This document shows, piece by piece, positions 10,719 through 22,164 of a DNA stretch of 64,000 nt (its first letter is position 1; each line of letters starts with the position of its first letter). The notes under the pieces were generated by a model. That model was not told where the DNA came from. It worked only from the letters and a program-made list of their open reading frames with translations, and made no database searches. Origin of the DNA: an uncultured Bacteroidales bacterium (GTDB taxonomy: Bacteria; Bacteroidota; Bacteroidia; Bacteroidales; VadinHA17); assembly GCA_963702415.1 (NCBI GenBank), contig CAVPCP010000021.1:145383-209382 (forward strand), written 5' to 3'. The position numbers and the translations under genes were made by a program.

Positions 10719-11426
10719 TTATTTTTTGCCATTTTCTGATGTTACAGGGTTTCCCGCTACAAGCGATACCAGCCTTCCGATGAGCACAACCGGGTACAAA
10801 ACACCGATCAGTTGTTCGATTATAACCAGAGTTCTGGCAATTGAATGGACCGGAAGTATTTCACCATAGCCGGTTGTTGTAAGGGTTGTAAAGCTGAAAT
10901 ACAGAAACACCGAATTCGGGACACCGGTTTCCGTGTACAGTTCCGGAACCTGCAGTGAGCCGGGAATCATTGTATGAATGAACTGGAACATTATAGCCCA
11001 CACATTGCCAATAAGCATATATACCACGATAGAACCGATAACCCGGTGTATTGTCACTGATCCTCCTTCAAAAACTTTAATCATTACCATGCCGATAAGG
11101 AGAGCGAACACTGAAAGTTCGACCATAAAATCAATATAGGCCAGGACTTTTAAATCCAGAATAATCTGCAATGCACTGACAACAACAAGAAGGATGGGAA
11201 TAACAGAGAATTTCCTCATCTGGGTTCTGTTCCGGGCCATGGTAGTGATGCCGGCTACCAATATCAGGAACCAGCTGATGCGTACAAGTATAAGGATAGT
11301 CAGTCGCTGATTAAAAAAAGGCACTACCAGAAAATTACTGATGCACAGCAATATAAATATACTCGTCAGGCCCCTGTCCTCATTCCAGAAGTGTGCTGGT
11401 AGCTTTTTTGATAAAAGCTTTGCCAT
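10719..11426 (-). CDS. Potassium channel family protein (Ion_trans_2)
   Basis: YFSFTTLTTTGYGEILP selectivity-filter motif. Confidence 0.85.
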   Translation of the reverse strand: MAKLLSKKLPAHFWNEDRGLTSIFILLCISNFLVVPFFNQRLTILILVRISWFLILVAGITTMARNRTQMRKFSVIPILLVVVSALQIILDLKVLAYIDFMVELSVFALLIGMVMIKVFEGGSVTIHRVIGSIVVYMLIGNVWAIMFQFIHTMIPGSLQVPELYTETGVPNSVFLYFSFTTLTTTGYGEILPVHSIARTLVIIEQLIGVLYPVVLIGRLVSLVAGNPVTSENGKK

Positions 11427-11455
11427 CAGTTAGAATTTTGTATGATTTATCCTTT

Positions 11456-12865
11456 TTACCAGCCTCCGCCAAGAGCCCTGTAAAGAGAGACCGTCGTCGC
11501 AAGCTGCTGTCCCCTTGTATAGGAGGCAAGCATTTCAGCATCAAATGCATAGCTCTCAGCTATCAAAACTTCCATGTAGTTGCTGAATCCCTGGTCATAT
11601 TTTGCTTTGGTTAACATGAGGGCTTTTCTTGCCGCTTCAACCTGTCTCATCCTTGCCGCATATTCATCTTTGTACAACTTAATACCAATCAGGGCATTCT
11701 CGACATCAGCCAGTGCTCTCCTGTAGGTATCTAAAAAGCTGTTCATCGCTATTTCAGCTTCAGCCTTCTGGATATCAACCCGTCGCTTGTTTCTTCCGAA
11801 TTCAAAAATTGGTCCCATAACCATTCCGGTAACTCCTGCAGTAAGCGCTTCTCCGTCCAGCAGAGTAGTAATATCATTGCTTGCCAGGCCGAACAATCCT
11901 GTCAGACTGAAGCTTGGGAACCTCATAGCCTGTGCAACACCAATTCTTTCTGTTTCAGCAATAAGCTGTTGTTCTGCCGCTTTTACATCCGGCCGGTTTT
12001 CAAGCAGGTTTGAGGGAAGTCCGGCAGGTATTTCCGGAATACCAGGCTGATCCGCATTCTGTAATCCGCGGGGAACTGCTCCTGGCGTCTGGCCAATAAG
12101 TATGTTCATACTCCTTTCGGTAATGCTTTGCTCACGCTGAAGGCTGTTAAGGTCAGCCTGACCCATTGCCAGCTGTTGTTCAGCCTGTAGCTTATCAAGT
12201 TCTGCCGATTCTCCTTTCAGAAACCGTTCGTTTACCATATTGTAAAACTCCGTCCTGCTTGCAAATGTTTGTTTAGCCACTTCCACCCTGTTATCAAGAT
12301 CCCTTAAAAGGAAATAAAGGCTGGCAACGTCGCTGACCAGTGTTGTCTTGACCGCTCTCAATCCTTCTTCACTTGCCAGCATCTGAGCATATGCTGCACG
12401 CTTGGAGTGACGGATTTTGCCCCAGAAATCAAGCTCCCAGGCTGCAGTTCCAAGAAGCTTGAAATTGTCATCAGCCGGATCATTAATATTGGCTGATCCT
12501 GAATAGCCTATTGAAGGCCATAAATATGAACCTGCATTCTTGTAGACCGACCGTGACTGTTGAATCCTCAGGGCTGCTATTTTCAGGTTTGTATTGAAGT
12601 CGAGTGCCTGGGTAATCAGTGAATTCAGGATTGAATCCCCGAACAGTTCAAACCACTGCAGATTCAGGGTTGTGTCTTTGGCTGCAAATTCAGACAGAGT
12701 GCCTGAGCTGACAATTACAGACAATGAATCTGTTACAGCAGCTGTTGAATCACTGTTGATGTAGTTCCCCGGAACATTCATATCGGGCCTCTGGTAACGT
12801 TTACCAACCAGACAGGAAGAAAGCAATACTGCAATCAATAACTGTATAAATATCAATTTCTTCAT
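11456..12865 (-). CDS. RND efflux outer-membrane factor (NodT/OprM-like lipoprotein)
   Basis: Lipobox LSSC, WELDFWG, RPDVKAAE, LYRALGGGW. Confidence 0.9.
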   Translation of the reverse strand: MKKLIFIQLLIAVLLSSCLVGKRYQRPDMNVPGNYINSDSTAAVTDSLSVIVSSGTLSEFAAKDTTLNLQWFELFGDSILNSLITQALDFNTNLKIAALRIQQSRSVYKNAGSYLWPSIGYSGSANINDPADDNFKLLGTAAWELDFWGKIRHSKRAAYAQMLASEEGLRAVKTTLVSDVASLYFLLRDLDNRVEVAKQTFASRTEFYNMVNERFLKGESAELDKLQAEQQLAMGQADLNSLQREQSITERSMNILIGQTPGAVPRGLQNADQPGIPEIPAGLPSNLLENRPDVKAAEQQLIAETERIGVAQAMRFPSFSLTGLFGLASNDITTLLDGEALTAGVTGMVMGPIFEFGRNKRRVDIQKAEAEIAMNSFLDTYRRALADVENALIGIKLYKDEYAARMRQVEAARKALMLTKAKYDQGFSNYMEVLIAESYAFDAEMLASYTRGQQLATTVSLYRALGGGW

Positions 12866-12866
12866 A

Positions 12867-15800
12867 TTATTCTCCCTCCGATTTTTTTTCAATTACTGGC
12901 TGGGATTTCTTTTTACCGATTCCCTCTATCATTATGTATAGTGATGGAACGATCAGAACTCCGAGAATAGTTGCGATAAGCATACCGCTGAAAACGGCCA
13001 TTCCCATAACTTTTCTTCCTTCAGCACCGGCGCCTGTGGCTGTAAGCAATGGTGTTACTCCAAGGATGAAAGCAAAAGCTGTCATTAAAATTGGTCTGAA
13101 GCGCAATTTTGCCGCTGACATGGCTGCTTCAAAAAGCGGGATTCCTTTTTCGTGTTCAGCCTTGGCGAATTCCACTATCAGGATAGCATTCTTGGCAACA
13201 AGGCCGATAAGCAATACAAGCCCGATTTGTGCAAAAACGTTATTAAGGTAAGAGTTGTCAACAAGTCTGGCGAAATAGAGTCCCAGGAATGCCCCGAAAA
13301 CTGATAATGGTACCCCGAGAAGCACACTGAAAGGAAGTTTCCAGCTTTCATACTGTGCAGCCAGGATCAGGAATACAAAAAGCAAAGCCATCAGGAAGAT
13401 CGAACCTGCTGAGCCTTCCGCCTGTTTCTCCTGGAAAGACATGTTCGACCATGCATAGCCAATTGTCTGAGGCAGCACTTCGCTCGCTGTCTCTTCCAGA
13501 GCTTTAAGAGCCTGTGCAGAACTATAACCCGGAGCAGGCACCCCGCTTATTTCAGCCGAGCGGTAAAGGTTAAAACGGTTTGTAAATTCAGGTGCACTTA
13601 TCTTACTGGCTGTAACCAGTGTTGTGACAGGGACCATCTCTCCTTTATTGTTTTTCACATAAGCCATGCTGAGGTCTTCCGGTTTAACCCTGTATGCGGC
13701 ATCTGCCTGCACGTATACCTTATACTGACGCCCGAACCTGTTGAAATCATTAACATAGGCCCCTCCCAGAAATGCTCCGATTGTTGTATTAACTGTCGAC
13801 AGCGGGACTCCCAGTTTCATTGCTTTCTGTCTGTCAACTTCAAGCTTTATCTGAGGTGAACTGGCATTGAAAGTGGTATTAATACGGCCTATTTCCGGTC
13901 GCTTCCTGGCTGCTGCGACAAATGCATTTGTCTGTTCCTGGAGATATTCCGGTGAGTTTCCTACCCTGTCCTGGATAAACATACTGAATCCGGCACCGGT
14001 TCCAAGTCCCGGAATGGGTGGTGGGCCAAATGCAACTGCCGTTCCGCTGGTTATCTCTTTTGCAAGAACTGCATTAAGTCCAGCAATAATTTCCTCTACA
14101 GTCTGATCCCTTTCTGACCATTCCTTAGTCATAACAAAATAGGTTGCAACATTTGACTGATAGGCACCATTTATAAAACTGAATCCAACAATAGGAGTGA
14201 CAAATTCAAGGGATTCATATCTGCCGAGAATTCCTTCAATCTTTAAGCAGGTTTCATTTGTACGCTGAAGGGATGATGAAGCAGGCAAGGTTACATTCAT
14301 TATAAAATAGCCCTGGTCTTCATCAGGAACAAATCCTCCCGGAAGGCTCTTGCCGAAAAATCCTGCAAATGCAACGACGATCACAAGAATTATTATAACA
14401 CGAAAGGCTTTCCGTGACAGGAAGCCGGCTAAACCAACATACCCTCCGGTCACTTTATCGAATATCCGGTTGAAGCCGTTGAAGAACTTAGCCAGCAAGC
14501 CTTTTCGCTCACTCATTGGTTTTGAAGGTTTAAGAAGGATTGAAGCAAGAGCAGGGCTCAGTGAAAGTGCCGAAAATGCTGAGAAAGCAACTGAAACGGC
14601 AATAGTTATTGCGAACTGCTGATACAAACGGCCTGTTATACCCGGCACCATTGCAACAGGGATGAACACTGCACAGAGGATAAGCGCAATAGCCACAACC
14701 GGTCCCGAAACCTCTTTCATTGCCTGAATGGTTGCTTCGCGGGGAGTCTTGCCATGCTCCATATGGTGCATGACAGCCTCCACAACCACAATGGCATCGT
14801 CCACCACAATTCCGATTGCAAGAACAAGGCCAAGAAGCGAAAGTACGTTTACAGAGAATCCGAGAAGAGGGAAAACGATAAAAGTTCCGACAAGTGAAAC
14901 CGGTACTGTAATAAGCGGGATCAGTGTAGCTCTCCAGTTCTGAAGGAAAATAAAAACAACAAGAATTACCAGCAGAATTGCTTCTTCGAGAGTTTTCACT
15001 ATCTCATGAATACCTTCAGTAACAGCAAGGGTTGTATCGAGGGAAATATCATATTTAATATCACTGGGGAACCTCTGCGAGAGCTCGGCCGTTGTTGCCT
15101 TGACCTGATCAGCCACCTCAAGGGCATTCGTACCAGGAGTCTGGTAAATTGCTATCGTAGCAGCAGGTTTGCCGTTCATACGGGAGGTTGAGTTATAATT
15201 CTCCGTACCCAGTTTTATGTCAGCTATATCCCCGAGGAGGACTTTCGAACCATCCTCCTTGCTTTTTATGATAACGTCTGAAAATTGTTCCTCCTGTATA
15301 AGCCTGTCAGAAAGAACCACAGCATAAGTAAATTCTGTTCCAGCCGGAGCCGGTTCGGCTCCGAATTTACCACCAGGGCTGATCACGTTCTGATCCTGAA
15401 GGGCTTTTGTTACATCTTCAATTGTTATATCAAGTTTAGACATGAGATCAGGCTTTACCCATACTCTCATCGCATAGTCGCTGGAACCCAGAAGCTTGAC
15501 TTCACCGACTCCACTGATACGTGCTAGAGCATCAACCAGATTGATTGTCGCATAGTTTGCAAGAAACCTGTCATCATAAGCTGGATTCTCAGAGGTAAGT
15601 GAGATAATCAGAAGAGGGAAGGTAAGTGATTTTTTCGTCGTTATCCCGTATTGTTTCACAGAAGGAGGCATAAACGGTTGAGCCTGGCTCACCCTGTTCT
15701 GTGTCAGCATATTTGCGTTGTCGAGATTGGTGCCAACTTTAAATGATACATCCAGACTCAGGTTTCCGTCGGATGCGTTGGTACTCTTCATATATATCAT

Positions 15801-16022
15801 CTCTTCCACACCATTGATCTTCTGTTCCATAACAGCAGCAACTCCCTGTTCCACATTTACTGCATTTGCGCCAACGAAACTTGTGTTAATTTTAATGGTA
15901 GGCGGAGTTATTTCGGGGTACTGGCTTATCGGAACGCTCCTCAGAGCCAGTAATCCAATGATCACAATAACGATGGATATCACCATTGCAACAATCGGCC
16001 TTCGTACAAAGAATTCTCCCAT
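12867..16022 (-). CDS. RND efflux permease (HAE1/AcrB-like)
   Basis: GIVVDDAIVVVE, KNAILIVEFA, RFRPILMT; 1051 aa. Confidence 0.95.
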   Translation of the reverse strand: MGEFFVRRPIVAMVISIVIVIIGLLALRSVPISQYPEITPPTIKINTSFVGANAVNVEQGVAAVMEQKINGVEEMIYMKSTNASDGNLSLDVSFKVGTNLDNANMLTQNRVSQAQPFMPPSVKQYGITTKKSLTFPLLIISLTSENPAYDDRFLANYATINLVDALARISGVGEVKLLGSSDYAMRVWVKPDLMSKLDITIEDVTKALQDQNVISPGGKFGAEPAPAGTEFTYAVVLSDRLIQEEQFSDVIIKSKEDGSKVLLGDIADIKLGTENYNSTSRMNGKPAATIAIYQTPGTNALEVADQVKATTAELSQRFPSDIKYDISLDTTLAVTEGIHEIVKTLEEAILLVILVVFIFLQNWRATLIPLITVPVSLVGTFIVFPLLGFSVNVLSLLGLVLAIGIVVDDAIVVVEAVMHHMEHGKTPREATIQAMKEVSGPVVAIALILCAVFIPVAMVPGITGRLYQQFAITIAVSVAFSAFSALSLSPALASILLKPSKPMSERKGLLAKFFNGFNRIFDKVTGGYVGLAGFLSRKAFRVIIILVIVVAFAGFFGKSLPGGFVPDEDQGYFIMNVTLPASSSLQRTNETCLKIEGILGRYESLEFVTPIVGFSFINGAYQSNVATYFVMTKEWSERDQTVEEIIAGLNAVLAKEITSGTAVAFGPPPIPGLGTGAGFSMFIQDRVGNSPEYLQEQTNAFVAAARKRPEIGRINTTFNASSPQIKLEVDRQKAMKLGVPLSTVNTTIGAFLGGAYVNDFNRFGRQYKVYVQADAAYRVKPEDLSMAYVKNNKGEMVPVTTLVTASKISAPEFTNRFNLYRSAEISGVPAPGYSSAQALKALEETASEVLPQTIGYAWSNMSFQEKQAEGSAGSIFLMALLFVFLILAAQYESWKLPFSVLLGVPLSVFGAFLGLYFARLVDNSYLNNVFAQIGLVLLIGLVAKNAILIVEFAKAEHEKGIPLFEAAMSAAKLRFRPILMTAFAFILGVTPLLTATGAGAEGRKVMGMAVFSGMLIATILGVLIVPSLYIMIEGIGKKKSQPVIEKKSEGE

Positions 16023-16040
16023 AGTGGTATGTATTGCTGC

Positions 16041-17213
16041 TCAGTTAATAATAGATGAAATATTGGTGCTGTCGGGAGACCATGTTTTCATTACAGGATT
16101 AATTATTGTGCCGTTGCGCAGCAACTGAGTCCCCCCGATAACTATCCTGTCCCCTTCCTTCAGTCCATCCTCGACAATGTAGCTCATATTGTACCGGGGG
16201 CCAAGCCTGATAAGCTTAAGATTAAGCTTATTACTGTCGGCAACTGTGAATACCTGGTACAACCCCTGCATTTCGCTTACAGCCCTTTGCGGAATGAGTA
16301 GTGCATTATCCCTGAAATCCGTGATAAGCCTCAGTTTAACATATTGCCCGGGACGAAGTATATTATCAGTATTTTTGAACTGAGCTTCGAGGGTCATTGC
16401 TCCAGTTGAGGGATCGATTTCCCTGTTGGCAAAATTCATTTTTCCCTTAAGCGGATAAAGCGAGCCATCAGCCAGGATCATTTTGATAACATCTCCCCTA
16501 TCCCCTATTGAACCTCCCATTTTCTGCATCAGTCTTGTAATCCGTAAATATTCCACTTCACTGATAGTAAACCGTATTCTTATATTATCGATGCCCGAAA
16601 CAGTATTTATAACAAATTGCGGACCCATGTTTACATAATCACCCACCTTGACTGAGGAAATGCCTATCATACCGGTGATAGGTGCAACCACACTGCAATA
16701 ACCAAGTTCTATCTTTGCATTATCGAGAGCAGCTTTACTCGACTGAACAAGTGCCTGACTCGATTCGTAGGATGCACGCGCTGCAACCAGTTCACGCTGG
16801 CTTACAGCGCCTATAGCGGCAAGTGGCTCAATACGATCCAGATCGTTCTTTGTTTTTATAAGTGAGCTGTTTGCCTCTGCAAGACCTGCCGCTGCTTCAT
16901 CGACCTTATTCTTATATGGTAATGGATCGATGGAATAGAGTAGCTGGCCTTTTCTCACCATCGAACCTTCCTTGAAATTCATACTCAGAATCCAGCCCTC
17001 AACCCGGGGTCGAATTTCCACATCAGATTCTCCGTATGTTTGTCCGGTGTACTCCGATTCAAGGGCTACATTCTGCTGCATCACCTGAACAACAGGTACT
17101 TCCAAAGGCATAACAACCTGAACTCCCTTATTGTCTTTACAGGAGGGAAGAATAAGCATTGTCATGATAAATAAAAAGGCAAAGCATGTTTTTTTCATAT
17201 GCGCGGCTTTCAT
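16041..17213 (-). CDS. RND efflux periplasmic adaptor (MFP)
   Basis: Lipobox LPSC, EIRPRVEG, APITG.IG, LRPGQYV. Confidence 0.9.
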   Translation of the reverse strand: MKAAHMKKTCFAFLFIMTMLILPSCKDNKGVQVVMPLEVPVVQVMQQNVALESEYTGQTYGESDVEIRPRVEGWILSMNFKEGSMVRKGQLLYSIDPLPYKNKVDEAAAGLAEANSSLIKTKNDLDRIEPLAAIGAVSQRELVAARASYESSQALVQSSKAALDNAKIELGYCSVVAPITGMIGISSVKVGDYVNMGPQFVINTVSGIDNIRIRFTISEVEYLRITRLMQKMGGSIGDRGDVIKMILADGSLYPLKGKMNFANREIDPSTGAMTLEAQFKNTDNILRPGQYVKLRLITDFRDNALLIPQRAVSEMQGLYQVFTVADSNKLNLKLIRLGPRYNMSYIVEDGLKEGDRIVIGGTQLLRNGTIINPVMKTWSPDSTNISSIIN

Positions 17214-17688
17214 TGTGATTATAATATAAATTGTTTAGTAAAGGAAAGGATCCTTTAAAAATTTAGGTTTTATATGCCAAATATATTAAAATTTTTAAGA
17301 CTGAAATGGATGATGACATCTTAAAATTATCTCAGCCCTGCGGTTCCGAAAACACTTTTGAAGGCAAAGTAATCAGTGTTATCAATATCATACCTGTCCG
17401 GAACATACCTTGTCAAAAAACATATATACAAATTCCAGGTTGCCGGGAGCAATGCTTCCAGGTCACAAATTACGTTCATAAAATGCAACAACATATGATA
17501 TTATTTTACGAATATTTAATGTATTAAAACAATTATTTTATGTAATACAACAAATATATTACCTGTAACAATATGAATTTAGACTATCATAAAAAAAATC
17601 ATGGTACGCGGTTCCGCTGTTAACAAAAAGGAAACGACAAACTCGAAAAAAATATTATTATATTTGAAAGAGTAATTGTTCTGTACTG

Positions 17689-19203
17689 ATGATCCGAAAC
17701 CCTGAGCCTAAAACACATAACATTTATTTACAGGTTGCCTTCCTGGTGTTCCTGTTTGTTTATTGTAATATTCCCATATGGTCTCAGGGAGGACGGTACT
17801 GGGATCAGAACCTGAATTCGGAAGCTGCCCTTCTTTCAGGTGCTGTCGTTGCAGGTGAAAGCGGCATAGCTGCCATCTATTATAATCCTGCCACCATTTC
17901 GGAGATGACAAAGAACAATCTTTCCCTTTCGGCTAATCTGGCTTCTGTTTATTATTTTAAAGCTCAGAATGCTCTCGGAGCAGATTTCCCGGCTGACCGT
18001 ACACAATTGTCGATATACCCCAGGATCATAACATTGACACTGAATCCAAAAAAACAACCTGATCTTACTATTGAGATGGCTTATTTTACAAGAAACAATG
18101 AATATCTGCAGATCAATCGCGGTATTTCGCTTTCAGACGATATTATTTCTTCGAACCCCGGCGATGAATCTTATACCGGGGAATATTACCTGCGTTCCAA
18201 ATACCAGAACTATTATGGTGGCGCAGGTTTCGGTTACAAGTTATCCAATTCCCTGGCTCTTGGTTTTTCGGGATTGATCTCTTATAAGGATGACCAGTAT
18301 TATAATCTCATTACCGCCAATGCATTTACGATGGCCGATCAGGGAAATACCGTTCAATATTTATCTGATTCAAGATATCACCTTAAATACAATATGTTCG
18401 ATGTGCGGCTCGTCACAAAGCTGGGACTCCATATGAAACAGGATTTATGGTCATTTGGTGCGAATATCAGTTTCCCTTCGATTAAAATTTTCGGGAATGG
18501 CACAGTTGTTAAACAAATTGAATACTCCAATATTCATAAAGAGACCGGTAATCCTGAGGGATCAGATCAATATTATGCCAGCAGGCAGAAGAAATGCCCT
18601 GCCCATTTTAAGGATCCTTTATCGGTTGCAGCCGGATTCAATTATTATAGTCCATCCGGAAAGTCTATAATACTTCTCACAGCTGAGTATTTTTTTGGTT
18701 TGCCTGAATTTTACTATATTGAAGCAAGTAATGATCCCGGAGAAGACGGGTACAATTTCAGCCCTGCAGAGGCCTCGGAATGGCTCTCCTTTACCAAACA
18801 ACAGAATCCGGTGTTTAATGCCGGAGTCGCATTTAAGAAGATTGTCAGTAGTAAGCTGATGCTGTCAGGAGGGTTCCGGACTGATTTTAATTATTTAAAT
18901 CCCTCTGAGGAAACCAGTCCTTTGGACCTTAATAAAAAAATAAGTTATTCCCTTGATGTATATCACTTCAACTATGGATTGGGCTACAATTTTAAGAGGG
19001 GATCAGTTACCCTGGGAACGCAGTTTTCGTACGGACAACGAAAAAACGAGAAACAGATCGTAAACCTGTCTGAACCAGTGGAGTTCATCAGCGACAAATA
19101 TATGGCATTAACCGGACCGGTAAGCAACAGTGTCCTGGTGAGACTTCTTGATATTTCAGTATATTTCGGATTTATATTCGATTTTCTAAAGCAACCGGAA
19201 TGA
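17689..19203 (+). CDS. FadL/long-chain-fatty-acid-transport-like outer-membrane protein
   Basis: GAVVAG...AIYYNPA N-terminal motif; beta-strand pattern. Confidence 0.55.
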   Translation: MIRNPEPKTHNIYLQVAFLVFLFVYCNIPIWSQGGRYWDQNLNSEAALLSGAVVAGESGIAAIYYNPATISEMTKNNLSLSANLASVYYFKAQNALGADFPADRTQLSIYPRIITLTLNPKKQPDLTIEMAYFTRNNEYLQINRGISLSDDIISSNPGDESYTGEYYLRSKYQNYYGGAGFGYKLSNSLALGFSGLISYKDDQYYNLITANAFTMADQGNTVQYLSDSRYHLKYNMFDVRLVTKLGLHMKQDLWSFGANISFPSIKIFGNGTVVKQIEYSNIHKETGNPEGSDQYYASRQKKCPAHFKDPLSVAAGFNYYSPSGKSIILLTAEYFFGLPEFYYIEASNDPGEDGYNFSPAEASEWLSFTKQQNPVFNAGVAFKKIVSSKLMLSGGFRTDFNYLNPSEETSPLDLNKKISYSLDVYHFNYGLGYNFKRGSVTLGTQFSYGQRKNEKQIVNLSEPVEFISDKYMALTGPVSNSVLVRLLDISVYFGFIFDFLKQPE

Positions 19204-19304
19204 TTTGGCAAATACTCATCAATAAGTATTGTAATGGATCGGGACTGCATTTAAATTTACAACAAAAACCAGAATCAAAAAAATCAGAACTTGATAGATT
19301 TATT

Positions 19305-20429
19305 ATGAAAAAACTTTCAATTATAGCAATCATGGTTCTTCTGATCTCAGGAGAAACAATTGCACAGGTTTATACCAATAAAGTTGTTGGTGAAAAAAAT
19401 ACGGAATTAAAAGACAGTCTCAAATCAACGGAATATCCCTATTCCCTGCCGATTCTTGGAGCCAAGGTTGCAAAAGCCGGGTATGACCTCCCCTATTCAG
19501 CCGGATTTGGAATAAATTACCTGTGGCAGGAGTCGGACCTGATAATTGAAGATCTTCTTGTAGGCTTCAATAACGGGCCCATGTACGATCTCGATGAAAT
19601 AGTCCGCTTTACAGGTGCAACAGCAACAGCTTCGGCAATAAACCTCAGACCTGATATCTGGTTACTGCCCTTTCTGAACGTTTACGGTATCTTTACACAG
19701 GCTAAGACATCAACTGCAATTGACGCAGGGGTATGGATCCCCAACGAGTCGAATGAATGGAGTGAAGTTGCAAGCTTTTCTACAAAGGCTGACTTCGATG
19801 CAACGGGATTTGGTTTCGGCATGACCCCCACAATGGGGATTGCCGGAGGATTTCTGGCCCTTGACATGAACGTCTCCTGGCAAAGTATCAGCGCTCTTGA
19901 TAAACCTGTTGTGACATTTGTCTTCGGGCCAAGGATGGGAAAATCTTTTAAATTCAAGCAAAATCCTCAGAGCAATATTTCTATCTGGGCCGGAGGCTTC
20001 AGGCTGCATCTCCAATCAGAAACCAGCGGTTCGCTGCCGCTTAACGAGATTATTCCTGCTGATGAACTCCAGGTGAAAGTTGACAACGGTATTCAGAAAG
20101 TGGCTGATACACAAATAGCGGTAGATGAATGGTGGGCAGGGTTATCTGCAATTGAGCAGAATAATCCCGTAAATAAGGCAAAATATGAAACTGCCAACCG
20201 GACACTGGAGACGACCGGTAATCTTTTAAACAGTATTGACGGTGCATTGAATGATGATGAGACAGCTACAGTGCAGTATTCACTCAGTAAGCGTCCGAAA
20301 GACATGTGGAACTTCGTAATCGGATCACAATATCAGATCAATAAGCATTTTATGTTCCGTGCTGAAGCAGGTTTCCTTGGAAGCCGTAAACAGTTTATCG
20401 GAGGACTGCAGTATCGTTTCGGACTTTAG
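19305..20429 (+). CDS. Outer-membrane beta-barrel protein, paralog of 4528..5649
   Basis: Signal peptide MKKLSII; ends QYRFGL. Confidence 0.7.
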   Translation: MKKLSIIAIMVLLISGETIAQVYTNKVVGEKNTELKDSLKSTEYPYSLPILGAKVAKAGYDLPYSAGFGINYLWQESDLIIEDLLVGFNNGPMYDLDEIVRFTGATATASAINLRPDIWLLPFLNVYGIFTQAKTSTAIDAGVWIPNESNEWSEVASFSTKADFDATGFGFGMTPTMGIAGGFLALDMNVSWQSISALDKPVVTFVFGPRMGKSFKFKQNPQSNISIWAGGFRLHLQSETSGSLPLNEIIPADELQVKVDNGIQKVADTQIAVDEWWAGLSAIEQNNPVNKAKYETANRTLETTGNLLNSIDGALNDDETATVQYSLSKRPKDMWNFVIGSQYQINKHFMFRAEAGFLGSRKQFIGGLQYRFGL

Positions 20430-20478
20430 TGACTGACATTAAGTATCTTATCTGATTAAATGAAAGGTACTCCGCAAA

Positions 20479-22134
20479 ATGAATATAATTAAGAATCTGC
20501 TTACCCATAAAATAATAAAGGCAGCAGCCTTACACGCGGCACTCCTGCTTTTACTTTTCTTTCATACTGCTGGTTCAGCCGCACAGGAGATAGTTGATAC
20601 CGATCCCGAATTGCCGGGCATTCAGCAACCAGTGGCACCTGTAAAAGTTGATGGCCGTGAATTGTTCAATGTCCGTGGTATAAGTTCCTTCACTCCTGAA
20701 CAGAGAGCTGCTGCCATCAGTAAAAGAATCAGGGAAGCAGCTGCGGATACTTCCTTATCAGCTGATTCCATCAGGGTAATCGTTGAAAAAGATCATACCC
20801 AGATATTTGCCGGCACTAAGTTCATAATGAATATTTTTGATGCAGATGCCGTTGTGGAAGGGATCAGCAGGGAATTATTTACCCATATAGTATCCCTGGC
20901 CACTACTGAAGCAATTCAGATCTACAGGAAGAATCGTACCCGTCCGGTACTGATAAGAAAATCGCTGAATGCTCTGGGTACCCTGATAATTCTGACTCTT
21001 CTGATAATTGCGATCTTTTGGGTATTCAGGAGGATCAACAGGGGATTACAGAAGTTAATAAAAACAAAGATCGATTCGGTAGAAAACAAATCTTTCAAAC
21101 TTATCCGTGCCAATCAACTTTGGAAAACCTACAATCTGGCATTTAAAATACTGAAAATAGCTGTTATTGTGACTGTAGCAGCTTTTTTATTAAATTATAT
21201 TCTGGGCCTGTTTCCCTGGACCAATAACGTTGCAACCTATCTCCTTAAGCTTCTCCTGGATCCCATCGTGTCGCTGGGTAAAGGATTTCTTGCTTTCCTG
21301 CCCAACCTTGTATTTCTCATTGTAATATTCCTCGTTACAAGGTATATAATTAAGCTGGGCAAACTGCTTTTTACCAGTCTGCAGCAAAACGTTATAACAA
21401 TTAAAAATTTTGAGCCCGACTGGGCCATGCCAACCTTCAGTATATTGAGAACCTTTATTATTGTATTTGCTGTGATAGTTGCCTTCCCGTATATACCGGG
21501 ATCCGGAACCAGCGCTTTTAAAGGGATTTCAGTGTTTATGGGTATTCTGCTTTCGCTGGGTTCATCGTCATTTATTTCAAACATTATTGCCGGTTATACC
21601 ATGACATACAGAGGGGCATTCAAAAAGGGTGACTTTATTCAGGCGGGAGAGAGGTCAGGTTACGTGCAGGAGAACAAAATTCTTGACACCCGGCTTCTGT
21701 CGATTCAGAACGAAGAAATAGTAATCCCGAATTCGGTCCTGCTGAACAGCAATATTATTAACTATACTACAAAAGCAAGAAATGAGAGCCTGATTATCCA
21801 TACAACTGTGGGCATCGGTTATGAAACTCCCTGGCGCCTGGTGGATGAAATGCTGAAACTGGCTGCCGACCGGACGGAGGGTTTACTGAAGCAACCTCCT
21901 CCTTTTGTTCTGAAGCGGTCGCTGGGTGATTTTGCTATCACTTATGAGATCAATGTTTATTGCAACGATACATCCAGGATGCACTTGTACTATAACACCC
22001 TTATTCAGAATATTCTGGATGTATTTAACGAAAACAATGTACAGATAATGACACCTGCATACAGGAGGGATCCGGAAGATCCCAAAGTCGTTCCACGGGA
22101 TAAATGGTTTATCCCTCTCTCAAAGGAGGAATAA
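20479..22134 (+). CDS. Mechanosensitive ion channel MscS family protein
   Basis: SNIIAG...FKKGDFI, IPNSVLL, VGIGYETPW, VQIMTP. Confidence 0.88.
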   Translation: MNIIKNLLTHKIIKAAALHAALLLLLFFHTAGSAAQEIVDTDPELPGIQQPVAPVKVDGRELFNVRGISSFTPEQRAAAISKRIREAAADTSLSADSIRVIVEKDHTQIFAGTKFIMNIFDADAVVEGISRELFTHIVSLATTEAIQIYRKNRTRPVLIRKSLNALGTLIILTLLIIAIFWVFRRINRGLQKLIKTKIDSVENKSFKLIRANQLWKTYNLAFKILKIAVIVTVAAFLLNYILGLFPWTNNVATYLLKLLLDPIVSLGKGFLAFLPNLVFLIVIFLVTRYIIKLGKLLFTSLQQNVITIKNFEPDWAMPTFSILRTFIIVFAVIVAFPYIPGSGTSAFKGISVFMGILLSLGSSSFISNIIAGYTMTYRGAFKKGDFIQAGERSGYVQENKILDTRLLSIQNEEIVIPNSVLLNSNIINYTTKARNESLIIHTTVGIGYETPWRLVDEMLKLAADRTEGLLKQPPPFVLKRSLGDFAITYEINVYCNDTSRMHLYYNTLIQNILDVFNENNVQIMTPAYRRDPEDPKVVPRDKWFIPLSKEE

Positions 22135-22164
22135 ACTCATTTTATCATTTGTCCCCCGTTATAT

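Noticed and set aside
5890..16128. Long antisense ORFs (e.g. 5890..6564, 12934..13251, 15718..16128)
   Set aside because: Shadow frames of well-supported genes on the opposite strand.
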